Below, piece after piece: positions 1 through 7,769 of a stretch of DNA of 32,000 bases. Source of the DNA: Halalkalibacterium halodurans. Its GTDB lineage: Bacteria; Bacillota; Bacilli; Bacillales; Bacillaceae_D. The translations under genes and the position numbers were made by a program. The stretch is from contig NZ_SNUY01000031.1 of NCBI RefSeq assembly GCF_004376175.1, positions 1 through 32,000 of the forward strand, given 5' to 3'. Under the pieces are notes generated by a model that made no database searches, was not told the origin of the DNA, and saw only the letters and a program-made list of their open reading frames with translations. Positions within the stretch are counted from its first letter, which is position 1, and each line of letters opens with the position of its first letter.

Positions 1-38
1 ATAATTAATTTCCAGTTTTAAAAAATGAACATTAAAAA

Positions 39-61
39 ATCCCACCTAAAATAGGAGGGAT
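39..61. terminator. Terminator-like hairpin, probably belonging to a gene outside the window
   Basis: atcccacct (39-47) pairs with aggagggat (53-61), 9 bp with 1 mismatch and a 5-nt loop. There is an A-run at 35-39 upstream and only a weak U tail downstream. Confidence 0.35.
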
Positions 62-84
62 GAAATAAATTGGTTTGAGGAAAA

Positions 85-262
85 TCCTTGAACCACAAAG
101 CTCGGCGAATGCCGAGAGTCTATTAAATTTCAAGGAGGTGAGGCACGATGGATAGTAGTCCTGAACCCAGCCTGATGCCATCAATCAAGACAACTGAATT
201 AAGGAAGGCAGGCGTGCCTTACTCTCTTAGAGGCATGTTCTTCCTTTCATAAAAAAGGAGGA
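85..262 (+). promoter_or_regulatory. Structured 5' leader of mgtE; possible compact M-box-like Mg2+ riboswitch with an SD-sequestering helix
   Basis: Stem 85-92/129-136 encloses hairpin ctcggc-gaat-gccgag (101-116). A GGUGAGGC motif at 135-142 resembles the M-box 5' core. cuuccuu (240-246) can pair with aaggaag (201-207) or with the SD aaggagg (255-261). It sits directly upstream of mgtE, the classical M-box-regulated gene. Confidence 0.45.
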
Positions 263-268
263 ATTTAA

Positions 269-1636
269 ATGGTAAGATTAACAAAACAAACAAGAGATGA
301 TTATATTCGAACTGTGGTTGATGTTATTACATCGAAAAAGATCGAGAGATTTCGTGAACTGTTTTTAGATCTACACCCGACCGATCAAGCGGATCTATAC
401 TTATTGCTTGATGCGGAGGATCGTCAGTTTGTCTACGCTGCTTTAACGCCAGAAGAAATGGCGGAAGTGTTCAAGCAGTTAGATGTCAGCGAACAAAAAG
501 AGCTCATTTTAGAGTTGGATCGTGAATACTCTACTGCGATGCTTAATGATATGTACGCCGATGATGCGGCCAATTTTTTAGCAGAGATTGATCAAGTGAA
601 GGCACAAGAAATTTTAGTGGCGATGAATAAAAAGGAAGCAAGCGAGATCAAGGAGCTTATGTCCTATCCACCGGAGACGGCTGGAGCGATTATGACGAAA
701 GAATTTATTGTCCTTCGCTCGACCGATACGGCTGCTGACGTCATCGACCATTTGCGAAAAGAAGGCCCTGATGCGGAAACGATCTATTATTTATATGTAG
801 TGGATGAACAGAAAAAACTCGTTGGCGTTGTGTCGTTACGGGATTTGATAACCGCCCCATCGGATCAAACCATTGAAACGATTATGAGCACTCGCGTAGT
901 TTCTGTTTTGGTAGGTGAGGACCAAGAAGACGTGGCAAAATTAATTAAGAAATACGATTTCCTCGCAGCACCTGTCGTTACAGAGCAAGGGACATTAGTT
1001 GGAATTGTGACGGTTGATGACATTATCGATGTACTAGAGGAGGAAACAGAAGAAGACTTTGGAGAAATGGCCGCTGCTAGAGGCTCGATGGATACCAACA
1101 TTTCTGCCTTTACAGCTGCAAGAAAACGGGCACCATGGATCATTATGCTGATGTTTTTAGGCCTCATTACCGCAGAAGTGATCGGTCAATTCGAAGAAAC
1201 GTTGGAAGCTGTCATTCTTTTATCTGTCTTTATCCCGCTCATTATGGATTCAGCTGGAAATACGGGAACACAGGCTTTGGCGGTTGTTGTTCGTGGATTA
1301 GCTGTTGGAACAGTAGACCGATCCACCGTTGGTAAAATGCTGAAGCGAGAGTTTGGAACCGGCATTATGCTCGGAATCATGTGTGCCGTAACCCTTTTAA
1401 TCGTCATTCCTTTCCTTTATGGAAGCTTCGTGTTAGCGGGAATCGTCGGTGTTTCGTTACTATTGACATTAAGTGTCGCGACAATGGTAGGAGCCACAAT
1501 CCCTCTCATCATTAATAAACTAAAAATTGACCCAGCGGTTGCATCAGGGCCGTTCATTACGACCTTGAATGACATTCTTGGCCTTTTCATCTATTTTTCG
1601 ATCGCAACCGCATTGCTTCAATATTTGCCGCAATAA
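269..1636 (+). CDS. mgtE: Magnesium transporter MgtE (N-domain, CBS pair, TM domain)
   Basis: 455-aa ORF with a perfect SD aaaggagg 7 nt upstream. The CBS-pair region is followed by a TM domain with the MgtE signature PLIMDSAGNTGTQ. Confidence 0.95.
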   Translation: MVRLTKQTRDDYIRTVVDVITSKKIERFRELFLDLHPTDQADLYLLLDAEDRQFVYAALTPEEMAEVFKQLDVSEQKELILELDREYSTAMLNDMYADDAANFLAEIDQVKAQEILVAMNKKEASEIKELMSYPPETAGAIMTKEFIVLRSTDTAADVIDHLRKEGPDAETIYYLYVVDEQKKLVGVVSLRDLITAPSDQTIETIMSTRVVSVLVGEDQEDVAKLIKKYDFLAAPVVTEQGTLVGIVTVDDIIDVLEEETEEDFGEMAAARGSMDTNISAFTAARKRAPWIIMLMFLGLITAEVIGQFEETLEAVILLSVFIPLIMDSAGNTGTQALAVVVRGLAVGTVDRSTVGKMLKREFGTGIMLGIMCAVTLLIVIPFLYGSFVLAGIVGVSLLLTLSVATMVGATIPLIINKLKIDPAVASGPFITTLNDILGLFIYFSIATALLQYLPQ

Positions 1637-1646
1637 CGTAAAAGGT

Positions 1647-1683
1647 GCTGCCTCAAAAGTCTATCTTTAGAGGCAGCTTTTCT
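1647..1683 (+). terminator. Intrinsic terminator after mgtE, usable from either strand
   Basis: gctgcctc (1647-1654) pairs with gaggcagc (1670-1677), followed by ttttct. Confidence 0.8.
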
Positions 1684-2220
1684 GATTCGTTTAAAATCGC
1701 GACTTGGCGGACGCTTTCACCAAAAGCACAAGTGCAACCATCGACTCACGCACATCTTGTTTGCATTCGTTGTGTTTTCTTTGCCGCGGGCAACGCTCCA
1801 GCTTCCTTGTTTGCTTTTCCCGAAGGAGTCGCCGCCTGTCTCTCGTTCGACTCCCATTAACGCGCGAGAGAACATACAAAAAAATTGCCCGATCGTTCTT
1901 ATAAGGAATGACATGAAAAGTGTGAGATTCTAGACCTTTTCAAGAAGTTGTATGGTTCCCACTTTAACAATCCTCAGCTCAGCATTGCTTAAAACGGATG
2001 ATTTTTATAATGAATTGTCATACAATAGAAAGGGAGTTGGTAAAAAACAACAGTTCTAGGCGGGAGTACATTTGTATGCTAAGAGAATCTTGCCGCGAGG
2101 GTGTGTCGATCGTAGGAAAGGTCAATTGACACGAACGTGAATCTGGATATTCGATTGCTTTACGAAAAAGCTGACAAATACCTTCAAAATGTTAAAGGCA
2201 AGATAAAAGGAGAGGGTGAT

Positions 2221-2997
2221 ATGAACGAACAAATCATCGAGGATTTGTCGAGTCCGTGGTCAGGTAATACGGTTCACTTAGTCACGGTAGACGGGAGTCA
2301 ATTGATTAAAAAGCAATACCGAAAAAAAGAAGGTTACTTGCGAGAAGTGCATGCGCTACGTACCGTTCCTCAAACCATTTGTCCTTCTCTCGTGGATGCA
2401 TACGAGCAGCAGCAAACGATCTACACGACATATGAACCGCTACAGAAAGACATCCAAGCGGCTGATTTAGATGAGATTATTGGGAGCTTATTACGTCAGC
2501 TCCATCAACATACCGCCCAAAAAACAAGCGTGTTTGACCCTGGAAATGGTGTTACAAAAGAAACTTGGCTTGACTATCTTGAATCGTTTGCACCGAATTG
2601 GCTCCAGACGATAGGAACAGATAAGTATGAGTCTATGTATTGTTCGACTATCAATTCTGTCCGAGCAGCCTACAATAAAAAGCAAAGAGCGCTTTGTCTC
2701 ATCCATCGTGATGCTAGGCTTGCGAATGTTGGGCAAGGACGTAATGGACATTTTCTTTTCCTAGATTTTGAGCTGGCGATCATCGGGGACCCGTTGTGGG
2801 ATTTGGCTCGGTATCTGATTCAATCCGTTCATTCTGAAACAACGTTTCTTAAAGCATACGAATTTGATCACACGGAGATAGAAGTGCTGCAAGCCTACAA
2901 AAAGCTGTATGCGATGAGCTTTATGAACTATTTAATAAAAAACAAGCAAGCAGACACTCTTGATTTTAAAAAATGCGTAAACGTATTGACCAATTGA
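2221..2997 (+). CDS. Phosphotransferase-family kinase (aminoglycoside/choline kinase-like, APH fold)
   Basis: Catalytic-loop motif LIHRDARLANV and DFELAIIGDPLWDLA are typical of the APH/ChoK family. The ATG at 2221 follows SD aaaggagagg. The ORF-track start 2137 (GTG) lacks an SD. Confidence 0.8.
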   Translation: MNEQIIEDLSSPWSGNTVHLVTVDGSQLIKKQYRKKEGYLREVHALRTVPQTICPSLVDAYEQQQTIYTTYEPLQKDIQAADLDEIIGSLLRQLHQHTAQKTSVFDPGNGVTKETWLDYLESFAPNWLQTIGTDKYESMYCSTINSVRAAYNKKQRALCLIHRDARLANVGQGRNGHFLFLDFELAIIGDPLWDLARYLIQSVHSETTFLKAYEFDHTEIEVLQAYKKLYAMSFMNYLIKNKQADTLDFKKCVNVLTN

Positions 2998-3025
2998 ACA
3001 GTCGATGAAATAAAAGGAGGATGAG

Positions 3026-3913
3026 ATGAGATCAATCAAAGTAGAACATTACGAAGCATTTAGTACAGTACCATCGAAAGGAAATCCTGCTGGAATCGTT
3101 TTAGACGGGGAGGGCTTGACTGATTCGGATAGGCAAAAAATCGCGAAGCAAGTAGGTTTTAATGAAACTGCCTTCCCGCTTCCATCCGAACGAGCAGATG
3201 TAAACATTCGGTTCTTTACACCAGGTCACGAAATAAATCTTTGTGGACATGCCACAATGGCAACGATCTATGCGTTAAAGACGAAAGGATTACTTCCAGA
3301 TCGAGACGAGATCACGATTGAAACGAAAGCAGGCATTTTGCCCATTCGGCTGAGCATAGATGTAGATCGTTCGATGATGATTACGATGAAGCAAGCCGCA
3401 CCTCAGCTTCGAGCATTTAGTGGATCACGATCGGAATTGGCCGCTTCGCTTGCCCTTGAAGAAAAGGATCTCCATGAGGAGCTACCAGTAGTCTATGGTA
3501 GTACTGGTATGTGGACCTTACTGATTCCGATTAAAAAGCTCGATGCTTTTAAGCGAATGCAGCCAAACAATCAACATTTCCCTGATATTTTGCAAGAAAT
3601 GCCTCGCGCCTCTGTCCATCCGTTTTGTTTAGAAACGTATGACCAAGAGGCCGATATGCACGCTCGCCATTTTTCTTCACCGTATTCCGGTACGGTAGAG
3701 GACCCAGTTACAGGAACGGCTTCTGGCGTGATGGGCGCCTATTATCATAAATACATAGAGTCATCACCTTCGCTCCAGTTAATCGTCGAACAAGGGCATG
3801 AAATCGGTAAAGATGGTCGTATTGCCGTCACAGTTACTGAGCAAACGGATGATGTCATGATCGAAATCTCAGGTAATGCCGTGCTTATAAGGGAGTTTGA
3901 AGTTCGTATTTAA
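3026..3913 (+). CDS. PhzF-family (phenazine biosynthesis-like) isomerase/epimerase
   Basis: 295 aa with SD aaaggagg. Motifs: F-S[12 protein letters not shown], [33 protein letters not shown]. Confidence 0.9.
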   Translation: MRSIKVEHYEAFSTVPSKGNPAGIVLDGEGLTDSDRQKIAKQVGFNETAFPLPSERADVNIRFFTPGHEINLCGHATMATIYALKTKGLLPDRDEITIETKAGILPIRLSIDVDRSMMITMKQAAPQLRAFSGSRSELAASLALEEKDLHEELPVVYGSTGMWTLLIPIKKLDAFKRMQPNNQHFPDILQEMPRASVHPFCLETYDQEADMHARHFSSPYSGTVEDPVTGTASGVMGAYYHKYIESSPSLQLIVEQGHEIGKDGRIAVTVTEQTDDVMIEISGNAVLIREFEVRI

Positions 3914-4184
3914 TTTTCGAATAGCAAAAGGGGGAGTAGTTATCACATTAAACGAACAATCAATCATCGTGACGGGGGCAGCCAAAAGCGCCGTTGCTTG
4001 GATTGACGAAAAGCTGTGTGATGATCTTCGCCCCCATGGATTAGAAGATGAGACGCTTCATTTGATTGCTTCGCCTTTGTTGCCAGAAAAAGTAGCTGAT
4101 ACCGTCGTTGTTTGCTGTCAGATCAGGCGAAGCACTATACAGGAGACACATTTAATCAAAAAAGCGAGCTGCTTGATCCTTTGA
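3897..4184 (+). CDS. Hypothetical ORF, coding status doubtful
   Basis: Open frame of 95 codons. A GGGGGAG SD at 3931-3937 is followed only by non-canonical starts (ATC 3943). The TTG at 3897 lies inside the phzF-like 3' end with poor spacing. The stop lies inside the loop of the 4162-4200 terminator. Confidence 0.25.
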   Translation: MKFVFNFRIAKGGVVITLNEQSIIVTGAAKSAVAWIDEKLCDDLRPHGLEDETLHLIASPLLPEKVADTVVVCCQIRRSTIQETHLIKKASCLIL

Positions 4185-4200
4185 AAACGTCAGCTCGCTT
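4162..4200. terminator. Bidirectional terminator between convergent genes
   Basis: aagcgagctg (4162-4171) pairs with cagctcgctt (4191-4200). A-run upstream, T-rich downstream. Confidence 0.7.
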
Positions 4201-4210
4201 CTCTTTATTA

Positions 4211-5437
4211 TTAAGGCTCAAAAACGACTTTCATGGTTTGGCCTTTTTTCTTATTTGCCGCAGTTGCCAGTGCTTCACGGTATGCTTCCAACGGAAAACG
4301 ATGGGTAATTAAAGGGGAGAGATCTACCTTCCCGTCGGCTATTAAATCGACTGCGATTTGTAACGTTCGTTTTTTTCCTCCCTGCCAATCTTCCATGCCG
4401 TAAGTGAAACTACCTTTAACCTCTAGCTCATTTAGCCAAATCATCGTCATATCAAGGTTGTCGATAAAGCTTGCGAGTCCGATCAAGACGACTTTGCCCC
4501 CTTTACGGGCAAATCGCAAAGAGTCATGCAGGCTTTTGCGATTTCCGACACATTCGTATACGATGTCCGCCCCTCCATGTACAATCGGTTCACCAAAAAC
4601 GGGATGAAGGACATTGGCGTTGAATGACTCGGCAACCGCTGTAACGTAGTCTCGTTTCCGCGAAAGAAATACGATTTCGTCCGCCCCAAATTGCTTAGCA
4701 AGTTCCGCTTGAAAGGGGTGTTTGGCTAACGTCACGATTTTGCATGGAATCTCTAACGCTCTAATGGCAGCGATCACGCAAATGCCAATCACCCCCGATC
4801 CAATGACAAATATCGTGTCTGAAGGCTTCGGCCTATTTTGCAAGACCGCATGAAGGGCACAGGCAAATGGCTCCACGAGTACACCATTGTCATCATCCAC
4901 ACTAGAAGGCAACGAAATAACCTGACTTTGATGGGCGACCAAGTATCGGCCCCAACTACCACCTGTGTCTTTGCATGTTCCTGTCAATAAACCAGGGGCA
5001 ATGTCGCCGTCGTTCATATGGTGACATAGGTTATAGTTTCCGTTTGCACATTCAGGACAGACGGGGGTAATGCCGCGAACCTCGCAGGAAAGAAGCGGAT
5101 CGATGACAACGCGCTGACCCACTTGTAAATTTGTCACACTTTTTCTTGCTTTAGAAATCGTCCCAACCATTTCATGCCCAAGGGTAAACGGGAAGGAAAC
5201 GAAAGGAGAGGTAGCTGGACTGTCATTTAAAAAAATGAGGTTTAGGTCACTCCCGCAGATTCCCCCATATTTCACTTTAATTTCTACCCAGTGGTCGTTC
5301 GGGAGAGCCGGTTTTTCTACGTCTCTTAGTTGAAGGCATGAAAACGGCGATTCCACATAGAGAGACGAATTCATTTTTCCCATCGCCTTGCTTAATGCAT
5401 ATTTAGGAATGCTTAGATCAAATTGGATCGCTTTCAT
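4211..5437 (-). CDS. Zinc-dependent alcohol/polyol dehydrogenase (MDR superfamily)
   Basis: 408 aa. Motifs: GICGSDL, GHEMVG, a structural-Zn Cys cluster CPECANGNYNLC and a Rossmann GSGVIGI. SD aggtga lies 5 nt before the ATG. Confidence 0.9.
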   Translation of the reverse strand: MKAIQFDLSIPKYALSKAMGKMNSSLYVESPFSCLQLRDVEKPALPNDHWVEIKVKYGGICGSDLNLIFLNDSPATSPFVSFPFTLGHEMVGTISKARKSVTNLQVGQRVVIDPLLSCEVRGITPVCPECANGNYNLCHHMNDGDIAPGLLTGTCKDTGGSWGRYLVAHQSQVISLPSSVDDDNGVLVEPFACALHAVLQNRPKPSDTIFVIGSGVIGICVIAAIRALEIPCKIVTLAKHPFQAELAKQFGADEIVFLSRKRDYVTAVAESFNANVLHPVFGEPIVHGGADIVYECVGNRKSLHDSLRFARKGGKVVLIGLASFIDNLDMTMIWLNELEVKGSFTYGMEDWQGGKKRTLQIAVDLIADGKVDLSPLITHRFPLEAYREALATAANKKKGQTMKVVFEP

Positions 5438-5488
5438 GTTTTCACCTATTTCTTCTGTTTTTTTATGGTGAATTTCGTTATAATGATC

Positions 5489-6580
5489 CTAATCCATCGG
5501 AACTTGAGGAATGATTTTTCCATCAATCCGTTCGAAAATGTCATCTAAATCACGACCGGTGATCGTGAGCCCATGGTTTTTCAAGCCGATTACCGTTCGA
5601 GACGGATCCTCCGATTCACTAACCATTTGCGCAACGGTTTCGGCTAGTTCAAGGGTGCCGCATGGATAATTGAATTGTGTCGCTTGAATCCCGTCCATCC
5701 ATGCGTGAATATGAACGATCGCACCGACCTCAGGATGCTCACGATAGATCATCCAATGCTCGATCGCATCTACAGACGCCCGCTTCGGCTTGATTTTTGG
5801 CGGGATGCTCACCTTCATCGCATTGCTTTTTTCATCGTAGCCAGAAATGTATAGAAAGTCTTTGCCTACATCGCTCATATTTGATTTGTCAATCCCGCTT
5901 GCGCTCATCCAGAAGTTGTTCTCATCTTTTCGTGCACTCAAGTTTCCATAGCTCAGGCCACCGATACCATAAAGGCGATTCAAATGACGAATGTCCCTTG
6001 GGGTAAGAACTTCCTCTAACGGGAAGGGAGCAGGGAGTAAATTCATCGTATCTAATTTCTTACCTGACACACTTAAGGATTCCGTCACTTCATCTCCTTC
6101 CCAGAGCGGCTCTGGTAAATCTTCATAGAAATCATTGTTGATCACAAGCCTTGAGGATGCGAGGGGTTCCAGCCGTTCAAAGATTTTCTCGAAAATTTCC
6201 TCATCGCTTTGATTTGAATCAACCATGATCGAATATCGCCCTTGCTCAGGCGTTAGAAAATATAGCTCGGTTCCGTCGCTATGGTGTACAACATACATTA
6301 GGTGGTTGGCAAGTGTCCGCACTAAATAGGGATACGCTTCTTTATGAATATCCTTTGGTTTTTGAAACGTTTCAATGATAGTTACTACAAATGTCGCTTG
6401 AGATTTTCTGCGATAAGGTCGTGGATTCTCCATATCCGCTAAATGAAACACGAGCTTAGGGTGATCTTCTGGAGCAGGCAAATAGGTATAGCCTCGCGTA
6501 GAAAAAATCTCTTTCATTCCTTCCGTTAACCAACTGGAAAACGGCTGATTCGGTATACCGTGAAATGTAAATGTTTTCAT
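5489..6580 (-). CDS. Class II aldolase/adducin-domain protein with an N-terminal extension of about 180 aa and unknown function
   Basis: The C-terminal half has GNLSARK...SASGIDK...SVDAIEHWMIYREHPEVGAIVHIHA...KNHGLTITG, typical of class II aldolases. SD agaggt is present. The gene is co-oriented with and 51 nt upstream of the dehydrogenase. Confidence 0.85.
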   Translation of the reverse strand: MKTFTFHGIPNQPFSSWLTEGMKEIFSTRGYTYLPAPEDHPKLVFHLADMENPRPYRRKSQATFVVTIIETFQKPKDIHKEAYPYLVRTLANHLMYVVHHSDGTELYFLTPEQGRYSIMVDSNQSDEEIFEKIFERLEPLASSRLVINNDFYEDLPEPLWEGDEVTESLSVSGKKLDTMNLLPAPFPLEEVLTPRDIRHLNRLYGIGGLSYGNLSARKDENNFWMSASGIDKSNMSDVGKDFLYISGYDEKSNAMKVSIPPKIKPKRASVDAIEHWMIYREHPEVGAIVHIHAWMDGIQATQFNYPCGTLELAETVAQMVSESEDPSRTVIGLKNHGLTITGRDLDDIFERIDGKIIPQVPMD

Positions 6581-6704
6581 ATATTCAACCTCTAGAATGT
6601 ATATAAATTTCTCTTCTTATGAATAATATCTTCAACGAAAACCAAAATTATACATATAAACACACGATGTTTTTTTTGACGAACGGGAAAGAGGAAGAAA
6701 GAAG

Positions 6705-7604
6705 GTGGTACAGGTCATGTACGGTTTTATAGTCAATAAAGCTTCTGGTAACGGGAAAGGGCAACGTACGTGGAAAAAGGTTGAGTATGAGCTACAAATA
6801 AGAAACACGCCCTACCTTGTCCGTTTTACAAGCGGATCTGGTCATGCAACAACGATTGTCAAAGAGCTTTTAACAGAGGGAGTGAAAACAATCATTGCCG
6901 TTGGTGGGGATGGCACGATTAATGAAGTAGCCAATGGTCTTGTTAACCATCGCGTCCCACTAGGAATTATTCCAGCCGGCTCTGGCAACGACTTTGCCCG
7001 CTGTTTAAATATTCCGATGCATTATGAAAAGGCGTTACACCGTATTTTTGAAAACAAGCAAAAAAAAGTGGATTTGCTCCACCTTGGACAGCGACATTGT
7101 TTAACGGTTACAGGTATTGGATTTGATGGGAAGATAGCAAAAACAGTGAATGAGGCGATCTATAAAAATTGGTTCAACCAGTTCGGTTTTGGTGGGCTTT
7201 CCTATGTGTTAAGCATGCTAGAAGTCTTGAAGGATTACCGTCCAACGAATATTCAAATCACAGTCGATGGAAAGGAATTATTTTTCTCTGGTGTTTGGCT
7301 TGTGGCGGTGGCGAACTCACCTAACTACGGGGGAGGGATTCGGATTTGTCCAGAAGCTAGTTACGATGATGGCCTTTTAAACATTTGTGTGGTACACGGA
7401 ATGTCAAAGTGGCAGCTGCTCCGATTGTTTCCGAAAGCGTACAAAGGAAAACATGTAGTGATGGAACAACATGTGACTCTTTTGACCGGTAAGGATGTTT
7501 ACGTTCAATCTGATACCCCCGTCCTTGTCCAAGGCGATGGGGAACCAATAATGGAAAGCCCTGTTCGTTTGCAAATTAAAAAAGGTGCTCTCTCCGTTGT
7601 GTGA
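6705..7604 (+). CDS. Diacylglycerol-kinase-family lipid kinase (DagK/BmrU/YegS-like)
   Basis: 299 aa with the GGDGTINEVANGL motif and DAGK catalytic-domain pattern. The start could be GTG 6705 or ATG 6717. Confidence 0.9.
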   Translation: MVQVMYGFIVNKASGNGKGQRTWKKVEYELQIRNTPYLVRFTSGSGHATTIVKELLTEGVKTIIAVGGDGTINEVANGLVNHRVPLGIIPAGSGNDFARCLNIPMHYEKALHRIFENKQKKVDLLHLGQRHCLTVTGIGFDGKIAKTVNEAIYKNWFNQFGFGGLSYVLSMLEVLKDYRPTNIQITVDGKELFFSGVWLVAVANSPNYGGGIRICPEASYDDGLLNICVVHGMSKWQLLRLFPKAYKGKHVVMEQHVTLLTGKDVYVQSDTPVLVQGDGEPIMESPVRLQIKKGALSVV

Positions 7605-7615
7605 GGGCATCTTTT
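7584..7615 (+). terminator. Intrinsic terminator overlapping the end of the lipid kinase gene
   Basis: ggtgctctc (7584-7592) pairs with gagggcatc (7601-7609), including 2 G-U pairs, followed by tttttt (7610-7615). Confidence 0.6.
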
Positions 7616-7636
7616 TTAGTGAAAAGGTAGTCATGT

Positions 7637-7768
7637 TCAATCTTGGCCATCCTGAGTCTGTTCATGATGAGGCTTTTCTTCCTCAAACACCTGACCGTAC
7701 TCATGCTGGATAAGGGAGTAAATTACTTCTGTCATCGTTTCCTTCATTTGATCAAAGGACAAATTCAC
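7637..7768 (-). CDS. 43-aa acidic micro-ORF, possibly translationally coupled to the upstream phosphatase-family gene
   Basis: The GTG at 7768 is 1 nt past the TAA (7770-7772) of the 497-aa ORF. The sequence aaggag lies inside the end of that ORF. Read by eye as VNLSFDQMKETMTEVIYSLIQHEYGQVFEEEKPHHEQTQDGQD. It is below the ORF-track cutoff. Confidence 0.35.
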   Translation of the reverse strand: MNLSFDQMKETMTEVIYSLIQHEYGQVFEEEKPHHEQTQDGQD

Positions 7769-7769
7769 A

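Noticed and set aside
865-1407. ORFs 865-1167(-), 1135-1335(+) and 1186-1407(-) inside mgtE
   Set aside because: They are fully embedded in, or antisense to, a confidently identified mgtE frame. They have no SD and their composition is not protein-like.
1845-1857. gttcgactccca, resembling the T-loop/3' end of tmRNA or a tRNA (possible att-site remnant)
   Set aside because: The flanks cannot form a T-arm because there is no complementary G-rich 5' strand. There is no acceptor stem or CCA context and no integrase nearby. A 12-nt match is within chance.
1645-1914. Four mutually overlapping ORFs (1645-1860+, 1704-1904+, 1691-1879-, 1717-1914-)
   Set aside because: Being open in several frames on both strands at once indicates compositional stop-codon depletion, not coding. 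They have no SD and their translations are Arg/Cys/Ser-rich nonsense. The region is treated as a non-coding or RNA candidate instead.
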